A stretch of 64,000 nt of DNA. Origin: Camelus ferus (Eukaryota). Within the stretch, counting starts at the first letter, position 1, and each line of letters begins with the position of its first letter. Positions 51,545-64,000 of the stretch are shown here, piece after piece. The position numbers and the translations under genes are program-made. The DNA is taken from assembly GCF_009834535.1 (NCBI RefSeq), contig NC_045697.1, forward strand, positions 24,988,001 to 25,052,000, given 5' to 3'. The notes under the pieces were generated by a model that was not told where the DNA came from, did no database searches, and was given only the letters and a program-made list of their open reading frames with translations.

Positions 51545-53815
51545 TTATTTTGAGAATACCATTACTGATACATAAATAACATAAAATTTCCCGTTTTGAA
51601 ATGTACAATTTAGAGTTTTTTAGTGTATTTGCAAAGCTGTATAATAATCACTCTAACTTGAGAATATACACATCACCAGAGAAAGAAATTTCAACACATT
51701 AGCAGTTTCTCCCCATCTCCTAATCCCCACTGCCTCTAGTAAAAGCTAACATAATTTCTGTTGCTGTGGATTTTGCCACTCTGGGTAATTCGTATCAATG
51801 GAATTATACAATACGTGACCTTTGAATCTGGCTTTTTCACTTTGCACATTGCTTTCAAGATTCACTCATGTGGTAAGATAAAGCAGTATTTAAATCTCCT
51901 TCAGGTAGGATATTATTCCATGTATGGATATACCACCATTTGTTTATCTACTGAGAAACATCTGGGTTGTTTCCAGTTCTTAGCTATTAAGAACAATGCT
52001 GCTATGAATATTCATGTATAACTTTTTAATGTGAACCTATATTTTTTAATTATCTTGAACATTTACCTAGGAGTGGAACTGCTGCCTCATATGATAATGC
52101 TACTTATAACATTTTGCACTGTTTAACATCTTGCCAAACTGTTTTGCAAAGTGGATACACAATTTTACACTCCCATAAGCAACGTACAAGAGTTCTAATT
52201 TCTCTACATATTTTTAAATATTGATTACTGTTAGTCTTTATATTTTTGCCTTAATGTGAAATGATATGTCACTGTGGTTTTGATCTGCATTTTCTTAATG
52301 ATAATGATGTTGAACATCTCTTCAAATGCTTATTTGCAATGTTATATATCTTATTTTGGAGAAAATCTATTCTACTGATTTTTAATACAGGACTTTAACA
52401 TTTTGTTTTTAAATATATGATTCACCTAGGGTTAATTTTTGTATATGGTGTGAGGCATGAGTTCGACTTCATTCTCTTGCATGTGGATATTCAGTTCTCC
52501 AAGAACCATTTGTTGAAAATACTACTCTCAACCACCAAACTGTCTTGGCACATTCATAGACAATCATTTGTATGTAAATACAAGGGCTTTTATTCCATCA
52601 ATTTTATTCCACTACTCTATTATGTCTATTTAATGAAATTTTCCAATCCATGAACATGGTACCTCTTTCCATTTATATATTTATGTATTTATATACTATT
52701 ATATATAGTATATAAATATATATATAGTCTTTAATTTCTTTCAACGATGTGTTATAGTTTTCAGTATAAAAGTCTTGTGCTTCTTTCATTACATTTATTC
52801 CTAAGAAGTTCATCCTTTGCTATATAAATATAATTATTTAATTTCAATTTTGATCACTCATTGCTAGTGTAAAAAAGGACAAATGAATTTTGTATACTGA
52901 TATTTTATCCCACAATCATACTGAGCTTGTTTATTAGCTCTAATAGCCTTTTGTGGATTCCTAAACATTTTTCACAACAAAGGCCATGTTATCTGAAAGT
53001 ATAGCTTTATTTCTTCCTTAGAAATCTGAATGCCTTTCATTTATTTTTGTTGCTTTATTTCCTTACCTAGAACTTTCAATACAATGTTGAATACAAGTGG
53101 TGAAAACAGACATTCTTGTCTTGTTCCTGATCTTTCAGAGAAAAATGTCTTTCACCATTGAATATGTTAATTGAGGGTTTTTCATAGATGATGTCTATTA
53201 GATTGAGAAAGTTCCCTTTTATTTTCAGTTTGTTGACTGTTTTACCATGTAAGGTGTTGAATTTTGTCAAATCCTTTTTCTGTATTAAATGATCACGTGT
53301 TTTATTATTTATTTTATTAATATGGTATACTCGATAAATTTACTTTGTGATAAATTTACCTTGTGTTGCTGGCAAAAATCCTATTGGTTATGATGCATAA
53401 TCCTTTTTATATGTTACTAGTTTGCCAAAATTTGGCTGAAGATTTTGAATCTGTGTCATAAGGGATATCTGACTGAAGCTGTCTTATCCTGTGATGTCTT
53501 TGTTTAATTTTCTTAATAATATTGGTCTCACAGAATGAGTTAGGAAGTGTTCATGCTGGATTGGTGATATTATTATAAAATTTCTTTGTCCTAGTAACAA
53601 TTTTTGTCTTATTGCTTACTTGTCTGGTATTAGTCTAGACACTCCAGCTGTTTTTACTTATTACTTACTTGGTATATCTTTTCCCATTCTTTTACTTTCA
53701 ACCTATTTGTGATTAACAATCTAAAGCCTATCTCTTTTAGGTAACACAGAATTGGATAATAATTTTTATCCACTCTATCAATTTCTTCCATTTGATTGGA
53801 ATGCATAATATATTT
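51545..53815 (-). mobile_element. Old L1 (L1MB/MC-like) 3'UTR and ORF2
   Basis: tgggttgtttccagttcttagctattaagaacaatgctgctatgaata; caatacaatgttgaatacaagtggtgaaaacagacattcttgtcttgttcctgatc. Confidence 0.9.
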
Positions 53816-55559
53816 TTATTTCATGTAATTACTATTAAGTTATGATTCATATCTGACATTGTGCTATTTTTTAATATGTCATTTTTTTGTTCTCCTCTCT
53901 TCCTGCATCACTGCATCATTTTGTATCAAATAAATATATCCTATTATACTATGAAGAAGGCTCTGAAGCAAAAATCAAACTCTAATTTTAATTTCAGGGC
54001 ACAGTCCCCTTTAAGTCTCATCACAACACTCATACATGACTCACTGGAATTCTGCAAATACATACAACTTGTACTATTTTTCTAGGTTTTTTTGTATTGT
54101 TTTAATAGTAACAAAGGATCTTCTCTTGCTAACTGTATTCTGGAGATTTTTATTTTCACCCAGCTTTATTAAGTTTCAGTAAGCATATTTTCCCCTCAAC
54201 TTTGGGAAATACATTTGGTAAAATGTTTGCTTAAGTACTATTAGTTATAATTTTATGATGAAATTATACATATAATACAAGACTCTGGACTTTATACTGA
54301 AATAGTTATCACCTCACCCTTCTTCTGACTCTCCAAACCTGCTTAGATTTTAAGAGCTAGTAATCTATTTTTGATACTTTGTTTTATAGTATAGACTATT
54401 CAATGAAACAAATAAATTATTAATTTATTTATGACAAAATCATATCAAATTATATCCATCAGAACTACTAAAGCAATAATTTGTGACTTCAGAGTCACAC
54501 ATTATATTATTGTTATTGATATATTTCATCAATTAGAGTACAAAGAACTTATACCACATTCACATGTGAGAATGCTTTATTTTTCTTTCCCCAGAAAAGA
54601 GTAATACTTTTTAACTCTTACATAATCATTAGCAAAAAGTCTTTTTTTTTTTTTTACATTTTTACTATTTATGAGTTTAAATATTTTAATGGAAAATGCC
54701 TATCTATATTTAAAATACATTTAAAACATACTTTTTGTATTTTAACAAACTCAGAAGGTTAATATTTATTATATTAAAAAAGTAAGAGATTTTTATATGT
54801 GTTACAGATATTTATGATTTGGATTTTATATTTCTTTTTACTCATCTTTCTGTTAAAATTGATTAATGTTGTGGGTTTATGATTTGATTTTCTTTATGGT
54901 TCCTGCATTTCACTTTATTATTAGGATCACTTATCCTATCTTAATATTTTTTTAAGTTGTATATAATTATTTTAATTTTTTCATGCATGTATTCTATGAT
55001 ATACATTTTATAATTTTTTATTGTTAGTACAAGATATGAGATCATTATTTTTTCCAAACATTTTATCAACATATGTTTCCTATTCTCTTGATTGAACTTT
55101 CCTTTTTTCTTGGAACAAAATCCCTACTCTTTCAAGGACAATTTTCTTAACTCATCATGCCACTATATAAGGAAGCCCTTAATCATCATAAGCCATTTTT
55201 AAATGTGACTCTGAAATACCTACATCAAAGAATATATGCTGTCACTTTTCTGGTATAATAATGGAACCTGAACGTCTTTATTTCTTGTTCTCAGTAGAAC
55301 AATCATATGAGTCCATGCTGGAAGCCAAAACATCATCCTAATAAGATTGTAATAGTAAAATTTACTTGATAATTGATGCTATGCATATTTTAATGGCCTG
55401 GAATCACATGAAAATATATAACATTTTAATTACAAGTTTGAATGCAATGTTATAAGTGCTCTATCATATGTAGTGTTGCTATATGAACCTAGTAACTTAC
55501 TTTTCTGCTTTAGAAAAACTTAGTATTCCTCCATATGACTCACAGTTCAAAGAAAAAGA

Positions 55560-56580
55560 GAAAATTATGCAATGTGTTTTAAACTGCAATGGATTTTTCT
55601 ACACTGTTTGCACAGCTTTCTTTTTCAGCCTTGTTTTCTTCCTTAAAATCGCCATGCTAATACTTTTAAAGAGGATTTTAGAAGATAGAAAAACTAGGAA
55701 TAAGATAAGTGTACAGAAGCTGAAAAAGAAAAAACATGCTAACCTCTGGGGCATCCAATTATTTTCACTGTGGGATAACCTCTTGGCATTCATCTGTAGA
55801 CCCTTCAAAACAGTGTTTTATACTGCATAGTTCTAAAATGAGTGCTTTTAATTTTTTCAGTTTATGAAGTAGTGAGAATAAGGAGAGCATATGGCCTCAA
55901 ATAAACTTTATCCTTTCACAATCTGCAGAATAAACTGACACTGGGAAATATTTTCTGCTTTGTAATAACTGATTTTTTTTCTTACCTACTCTAAGTGTAA
56001 GTGAAGTTTTATTGTAAAGCTTCTTGATACTAAATAATGTATCATTTAGCATCATGTTTAATAAAGTATAAAAACCTGTATTAATCTTGATGCTTCATTT
56101 GGTTCAGATAAAAGGCAGGTTATTTCAGTAGGAGAATTTTCCTTATTTCTAAAGACCACAAGTGAACAATGATCCTAGAAGTTACATATATCACACTTTT
56201 CCTACAGCTGCAACTTGGTTTTTAGATATGAAATGTTCAAAAAATAAGCCAAAAGACACTCACTAGTAAAATCTATACAGGTTTACAAAGACAAACTGTG
56301 ATATTAGGGCAATTGCTTTATACTTATTGAAAAAGAGAATAAAGACATGCATTGGCACTCTGACAATTTTAATTTAGATATTAATTATTATTTGCATATA
56401 ATCTTAAACATTTTTAGAGAAATAGTCCACGGATTTTTTTAAATCATTGCTGTTTACAGCTCCTAGCACTATTTCCACAATGAGTACTGCCTTCTGAAAA
56501 CAATCTTGTTTTAGTTTCTTGGGGGCTATACTTTTGGTTTTCGTCTTTGCTTTCATACCCCAACTCACTTGGCCTTGCAT
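55560..56580 (+). pseudogene. Relic EGF/LamG pieces, third module like the last EYS LamG
   Basis: QCVLNCNGFFYTVC (~55570, weak); DMHWHS (56344); IFLN/SLLFT; FLGGYTFG (56515; EYS 'YLGGFEYG'). Confidence 0.5.
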
Positions 56581-56967
56581 TTTCAACCTCTAATGACCTC
56601 TGCTCCTTGTGGTTCAGTTCTGAGCATTCTTTTGTACTCTCAGTAGTCTCATAATGAATTGATGTTTATAACTCTCAAATGCATGACTTCAAATTATATT
56701 TATCCTCAGTCTCATGTTTACATATTTAGCTTCTTTAATTAAAGATCTTCACTTATGTATATCCAAGATATGCACAAACTGTACTGCTGATCTACGTACG
56801 TTCATATGCTTGTAGCTGTCATCTTAGTAAATTTCACCTTTATATTCCCATCTGTGTAAGCCAGAAACCTAAAACTTGACTCTCCCTTTCCTTCTCCCTC
56901 ACCTTGACTACCACACATCCCAGTCTTAAATGTTCTGATTTTCATTTTCCTATCCAAAAATTTTTAG

Positions 56968-58050
56968 AGTATGTGGAAGAGGCTAGTTGCTCATCAATTT
57001 TGTTATCTATTTCTAAGTTGGTAGGAAAACTAGATTCCTCAGCTTCCTTTACAAATGGGAAGGTCTGTTTAACTGACACCTGCTCATGGCATGTGGGATA
57101 AAATGATGCATCTCACTTCTAGACATGGCCATATAACATCCTACCAGATATCAATGCCTCCACTCCTTTGCTGGCTAGGCAAAGGGAAAGAACCTGGTAG
57201 AAAATTTTAGGAGACTCAGGAGAGTCCCCTAGAAGCCAAAACAAGATGGTTTTTAGAAGGCAGTACTCATTGTGCAAATAATGCTAAAAAAAAATCAGAG
57301 AATTTTCTGTAGTGAAGGAAAGATTCTGTATCTGTCCTGTCCAATACACTCACCACTAGCCACATAGAGCTACTGACACTTGGAATGCAGCCAGGGGGAC
57401 TGAGGACTGAAGAACTGGTTTTTACATTAAAAATTTTTAATTAATTTAAATTCAGTTTAAATAGTTATACAAGGCTAATGACTACTGTAGTAGACAACAC
57501 AGCTTTAGAGGATGGTGGGCCACAGGATGTTAAAAACATAAATCCCTTAGCCATCACTTAAAGGAGAGTTCTCCATGAGAGCTACCCTAACCATATTAGA
57601 ATGTACACTAACAAGAAACAGAACTTGATTATATTAAGCCACTGAGACTACAAGGCTGTCTATTACTGCAGCTAGCATTAATTTACTGACACAGGAAATC
57701 CACTTTTAAAAAGGGGTATAATTGCAATCAAAATATAAACGAGGAGCTCCAGCTTAGCAGTTGGACTGGGGCGGAGGAGGCAAGGGAACCAGTGTAACAG
57801 GCTAGAAGGCTAGGTAACCAGATTATGCAGTGGCAAAACAGTAAATCCCCACCTGTAATTCTTAAGACAGAGAACACTGGTCTCTAGAGGAGCTAACTCT
57901 GGGGAAGGTGGTTAGAAATAATCAGAGCATTGATATCAATGTTGGCTGTTACTGGCTCTTTTTAGCATGGTGTTCCAAGAAGGAGATAAGAACTGTCAGT
58001 TTACAAGCAGGGATGAAAGGAAATTCAGATAGAGCCAATGTTGAAACTTG
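56968..58050 (+). mobile_element. MLT1J-like LTR plus the start of the internal region, interrupted by MER3
   Basis: LTR end attaagccactgaga...ttactgcagctagc..ctgacaca at ~57692, followed by MLT1-int-like text. Confidence 0.6.
57298..57502 (+). mobile_element. MER3 hAT-Charlie MITE
   Basis: tatctgtcctgtccaatac..ccactagccacat..cacttggaatg..gactgagga..ttaatttaaa..gacaacacag. Confidence 0.85.
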
Positions 58051-58149
58051 AAGGGCTTAAATGCATACTGTTTCTTTACTCCAAAGAATACAGTATGCTA
58101 TATTAAAATACTTTGAAAGGCTCTTACTGCAAGGCATGACAGAAAAGTT

Positions 58150-61100
58150 TGTTTAGACTAATTCTCTCGGTAGTAATAGTCCTTAAAACCTAGAACAATA
58201 AACAAAGCAAAACAGGTGTTTGAAGTCACTGGAGAATATTCAGCAGTCAAGATTTGAATGGCTAGGACTCTGGGGAAAGGTGATACATTGAGATAAACCT
58301 CACACTCACCACCGCTGTTCCATTCAGGCTGTTTGCTAATTTGTAAGACTGAAGGCACAGTAATCAACAGAGGGTTAGAGCTCTAGAGCTCGCAGCAACA
58401 TCACCTGCGACTAGAGAGACAAAAATTTGAGGTGAAGACTACTAAAATTACCTGAATTGAGGGCCTGTGGACCTGGAGAATAGGGAACTGCAGAAAAACA
58501 TCAGTCTACCACCTGTGAGTAGTTTCTCTTTGGGGCATTTATCAATTTAAATCTGCACATGTGTAAACTTAAGAGACTGAAAAAAAATCAAGCAAAAGGC
58601 AATGGCGAAGAGGCTAAAAAGTCAAACATACATTTCAGTATTTGCAAGTAATAGGGAGATTAAAATTGGAGTAAGAACACCACCAAAAAACATAGATTCC
58701 CCAGAATTCCAGCTGAGATCCTTAAAGAACTATATCCTTATAAGTGAAAACTAATTTAATTACATGGTACCTACATCACAGTCTGTTTCCTTTGATTGGA
58801 TCAAATTAAACTGCCATACACTAAATTTCTGCCTGAAGAAAAATCTGTCCTTTGTGGAAAAAATAACATTTTTCAGAGTATCTGGTGACTTTGACACATG
58901 ACATTAAATAAGCAATTGCCATGAACATCAGAGACAAGAAAAAATAACCAAAAGCTGAGAGAGAAAAATAGAAATAAACCATCAGATGATCCCAATTTGA
59001 AGATAATCAAACATGGGCATGAAAATAACTATATTAGGCATAAGGACAATATGTAAAAAGAAGTACTTTTCACCAAATACTGGATTGAAAAAAATAAAAT
59101 GGAAAATACAGAACTGAATATCTGTTCTATTTATTTTCCTTTTCAATTTAATGTTTACTTTCACATATTAGAAATACTATTTTCAAAAATCAATCAAGCA
59201 TATGTTTAATAAATTTTCTTTTCCATTTCTGGTAATAATAGTTGAAGACTGTATCAGAAGACACTCCTATAAAAAATAACTCTCAACCCATCCAAATAAA
59301 TTGGAGAAAGAACAGAAGTATACAGACTCCAGTGGGGAGTATATATCTGGAGGAATTGAGGAAGGCCACAAAAAGTAACTTCCCCCATTATGCATCTTAA
59401 TGAGTCCACTGAGTCCACTGGCAAGACATTTGCAGAAGCACAAGGGTAACAGTAAGAGAAATGGACAAAAAAATAATACTCTCCTTGCTATGGAAACCAA
59501 GAAACAAATAAATAAATCTGTGGCTGAAAGAAATTCCGAATAACAACTAGATCTGTCTGTCTATAAATATGATCTTTTAACCACAGCATGTATAAAACAG
59601 AATCACAGGACTCAGCTAAAGACAAAGCTACGAATTAAGGCTGGAGCTGTCAGCTAACAATAAGAGCTTGCACTTCAAATCTAGAAAAGGTTATTGCCCA
59701 ATTATACAAAAAAAAAAAAAACACAACACTTAAATCAGAGACTACTAACAGATCCACAATATGTGCAAGTTAATACTCATAAACTTTAGAATATATTCCA
59801 AAATTACCTGACATATAAAGAACCAAGAGAAAAGAAAACCAAACGTATCTGACCACTGAATAAAACACATACTGAAACTACTAGACAAGTGTTTTAAAGT
59901 GGCTGTTACAACAATCAGTAATGAAGCAAACAAAAAAGTCAGTTAATTCAAGAAAGTCTATGGAACTTTAAACAGAAGAACTAAAAAGAAAACTAATTAA
60001 TTAGACACGAAAGAAAAGGAATTCAAGGGGAATTCTAGAACTAGAAAATTCATTATCTGAAATTTTAAAATTCACTAAAGGGACTTAATGTCTGAATAGA
60101 GATGTCAGAAAAATGAGTAAGCGAATTTGAAGATAGAACTATAAAAATCATTCAATTTGAATAACATACAGGAAAAATAATGAAAAAATGAACAAAGCCT
60201 CAATGTGCATGCTAATGATCTCAGACAGTTAAATGTAGATATGATGAGAATCCCAGGAGAGTTGAGAGAGAACAGAAATAATGGTTGACAGTTTCCTAAA
60301 TGTGGTGAAAGCAGAAATTTAGTGATACAAGATGCTCAACAAAAAATAAACACAATAGAAAGAAGCCCATGCAAAAGTATATGATAGTAAAGCCAATGTA
60401 AGCCAAAGAACAAGTCATGAAAATAGCTATAGAAAAGTGACATAAATAACGTATCATGTACAGAGTTTGTATGTGCATGTACTGATTAATGTTGAATTCT
60501 TATCAAAAACCATGGACTCCCCAAGTGAGTATAGAATCTTTAGAGAACACACAAAAAATATTTTCCCAGAATTCTAGCAAAAACGTCATTCAGAATGAAG
60601 TTTTCAAATAAAGACAATTTCAGATAAATAAAATCTAAAAATAAAAGAATTGGTCACCAACAGACTTACCCTATAGATGACACCAAAGGAAATTCTTCAG
60701 GCTGAAGAGAAACCATACCAAATAGAATCTTTGACCCTCAGAAAAGAATGAAGTGCATCAGAAATAATAAATATCTAGGTAAATACAAAAGACTAGTTTC
60801 TCTTTGCTATCATCTTCTTAAATTCTTTAAATCCAAATAATCTCTAAAACAAAAGTTGTAACATCATCTGGTGGTATTTTCATGTGCAGATGAAATCTGT
60901 ATAACAATTATAAAGTTCAGTGGGAGGTATCTTAATTTGCAAGTTATTTTATGTAAAGTGGTACAATAATAACTGTATATATGTAGATTGCAAAGTTAAG
61001 GATATATACTGTAATCATGAAAGCACTATTATTTCAAAGAAGTATAACTTAAAAGACAACAGAAAAATTAAAATAATATTTAAAAGTATTTCAATAATTA

Positions 61101-64000
61101 AAATGAAAGGGAGTAAGGAAGGAACTTAACAAAGCAATACAAACAGGTAAGTAAAAACAAATTTAAAAAGTAGACAAAAACTCAAGCATGGTAATAATTA
61201 CACTAAATATTATTGGATTATGCACTGATTAAAAGACAGGTAGTCAGAATCAACAAAAATAGTAAGTTCCAATTCTCTGCTGTATATAAGAGACTTACTT
61301 TGGATATAAAGTCACAGGCTGGAAGAAACTGATGGGAAAAAATGTATCATTTGAACTGTAAATGTACGAAGGCTAGGATAACTATGTTAATATCATAAAA
61401 ATAGATCCCAAGACACAAAATATTTTCTGAGTTAAAGGGAAACATTATTGTGATAACAGGGTCAAATCATCAGAAAGCCATAATGACTATAAATGAGTAT
61501 ACAACAAACAGCAGAGCTTCAAATTATTATTATTATATAATTATAATTATATGTAAATGCAATTAAATATTACACCTATAAAATATAATCAAAATTACAT
61601 GCTATATCATACGATAAAATTCTAAATGACATATATGATATAATTATAAAAACATTATATATAAATGTTATTAATATATAATTTTGCATTATAGTATATA
61701 AAATATATAAATGTAGGTATCTCCCACATTTTGAAAGTTTGCTTTATGCCATTCCACTTTATTGGAAGACCTACATTAGTACCTGCTTTTGCTCACTGAA
61801 AGAAATCCAAAGAGGTAAGCTTTTATGGAAAAATGCAAAAGCAAAAGATTCACTCAGCAGTTTTCCGCTGGGCAGCTGTAGAGCAGCGTGCACCCAGAGC
61901 AGTGAGAATGGCAGCATCAAGCTCCTTCCCAGGGAACCACATTCAGCATCTCAGCATCAAGCCACCAGAACTCTAAACTGTATTTGTGAGCATCTGCACT
62001 TTATCTTGATTTATTTTGCACACTTTTAGCAAGATGTGTCCTAAGATAATTTCTTCTTCACTTTTACACCATTTACACTTACAAAAGATTTCACAGGAAT
62101 GCTCTACTTTTGGATAGTGAGGTATATTTGTATATAAACTATAAATATATAAATATAACATATAAATAATTATATTTATATAATAATTACTAAAAAGATT
62201 CTATGGAAAAGCTACAGCTAATGTAATATTTTGGTGAAATAATGAATGATTTTTCCTTAAGATAAAGAAAAGCCATGATGTCCACTTTTATTGGGTCTAC
62301 CTAAAATTGTACTTTAAGTCCTAGCCAGTATAATTCAGTACACACATAAATAAATAAAAATATATTAAATAAAAAAGAAGATGTAAAAGGTCCTTATTTG
62401 CTGATCATATGATCATTTATGCAGAAAACTAAGTAATCTACAAAAAGCTATTAGAACTAATAAGTAAATTTAATAAGGTCACAAACTTTAAGCTCAGTAT
62501 ATAAAACTAAATTATATTTTTAAATATTATTAGTAAACATTTAGACAATGGAATAAAATTAATTGACAACAGATACAAAATTAATACATTTAAAACACTT
62601 TTTAAAGAAGTTCAAAATCTTCAGACTGAAAACTATAAAATATTTTTAAGGGAAATCAAAGATCCACACAATATTCATGGATTAAAAGACTCAACATTGT
62701 TAAGAGGCAATTCACAAAATAATCTATAGATTCCACTCAACATAAATCAAAATCCTAACCAGTATTTCTGAAAAAAATCAGAAAGCTTATATGTGTAACA
62801 TAAAGGATCTAAAATAGTCAAGACATTTTGAAAATGAACAAGACTGAAGAACTTACACTACCTAACTTCCAGATGTACCATAAAACTACACTATTAAAAA
62901 CAGCACAGTACCGGTACAATGACAAACAAGTAGAAATGTAACAAATTAATTAGTCTCATACTAAACCCATATTTACAAGGCCAACGAATTATCTACAGAA
63001 ATACCACTTCTAAATCAACCATACATTTAAACAGAACTAAACTTATTAAGCTTCTAGAAGAAAACACAGAAGAAATCTGATATTAGATATGAAAATAATT
63101 TCTCAAACAGTATAAAAAGCAAACTTTAAAAGTATACAATTAATAAATCAAACATTAAAATTTATCCTTCTTAAAATCTGAAAAAAAAAATGAAACTATA
63201 CAAGCCACAGAGAGAACACATTTTCAAACTGACATTTGCAAAATGATCATGTCTGGAATATATAAAAACATTACATACAACAAAAATCAAAACTCATATT
63301 TTAAAAAACTGATAAACGTGAATATTAAATTTGTAAAAGCAGAAACACAAATGACCAATAAGCACATGAAAAATGGTCCATATCTCTAGACATCAGGGAA
63401 ATGAGAATTAAATAACAAAGTACTCCGACATACTCACTAAAATAGCTAAATTTAAAAAGATTGACACACACAAGCGTGAATGAGATGTGGAGTTGTCATA
63501 CTGTCCTGGTGGGAACCATCTTTAGCAACTTTAGAACAGTTATCACAGTAATTTATAAAGTTAAATGTTCATCTACCTTTCACTTCTTTGAATTACTAAG
63601 GAGAAATAAAAACAATATATGTCACACACAAAGTCTACACCAATGTTCTCAGTAGTGTTATTGTTAGCCAAACACTAGAAACAACCCAGATGTCCACCAA
63701 CCAGTGATTAGCTAAACTGTGGGCTACTACTTCTACAGAATACAATTAAGTAAATTTAAAAAATAAAACAGTAACACATAAAACAACACTAAAGAATCTC
63801 AAAAGCATTGTCCTAAGTTGAGGTTGAGCAAAAGGACCACATAGTATGTGGTTCAATTTATATGAAATTTTAGGAAAGACAGAGGTGTAGTGACAGAAAA
63901 CAGATCAGTTGTTGTCTTAGGCCAGGGGTTCGGGAAGCGACTGCAAAAGGGCAGGAGGGAATGTTTTCCAGTGATGGAGCTCTTCCATACCTTACAGTGG
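58150..64000 (+). mobile_element. Long degraded old L1 (5' region, ORF1, ORF2, 3'UTR) with a Tigger insertion
   Basis: ORF1 (gaatttgaagatagaactataaaaatcattcaatttgaa), EN region (ataacagggtcaaatcatcagaa), ORF2 end (catcagggaaatgagaattaaa), 3'UTR (cagatcagttgttgtcttagg). Confidence 0.85.
61714..62130. mobile_element. Tigger1-like MITE
   Basis: Imperfect TIRs taggtatctcccacattttgaaagt / acttttggatagtgaggtatatttg followed by TA; lies in AT-rich low-complexity flanks. Confidence 0.75.

Larger units (their letters stand above)
2509..56580 (+). pseudogene. Decayed multi-exon EGF/laminin-G repeat gene (EYS-like paralogue relic); probably extends beyond these limits
   Basis: About 20 non-repeat islands, all on the + strand, translate (allowing stops and frameshifts) to EGF cysteine patterns and LamG motifs in alternating order. 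Many begin at pyrimidine-tract AG acceptors (4817, 5691, 13720, 19489, 20019, 34501, 35009, 37315, 44862, 46784). Motif comparison is by eye. Confidence 0.72.

Noticed and set aside
2509..56580. Calling the relic EYS and assigning that gene symbol
   Set aside because: Similarity is at motif level only, and module order, number and intron sizes do not match EYS. Synteny is needed before naming.

Overview
AT-rich, CpG-depleted mammalian DNA, very probably camelid because it carries a vic-1-type tRNA-derived SINE. There is no intact protein-coding gene: the supplied ORFs are chance ORFs, L1 fragments or pieces of the relic described next. A large part of the window is interspersed repeat (L1 of several ages, L2, MIR, MLT1 LTRs, Tigger and hAT MITEs), plus one full-length 7SK retrocopy. 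The main result comes from hand-translating the non-repeat islands on the + strand. About 20 heavily decayed exon remnants between ~2.5 and ~56.6 kb encode alternating EGF-like and laminin-G-like modules resembling the C-terminal part of eyes shut homolog (EYS). Many still have polypyrimidine-AG acceptors. They are full of stops and frameshifts, are not collinear with EYS, and contain at least three copies of a module like the last EYS LamG domain. This suggests an ancient dead EYS-like paralogue (unitary pseudogene). All protein and repeat comparisons were made by eye against sequences recalled from memory and need computational confirmation. Repeat subfamily names and boundaries are approximate.
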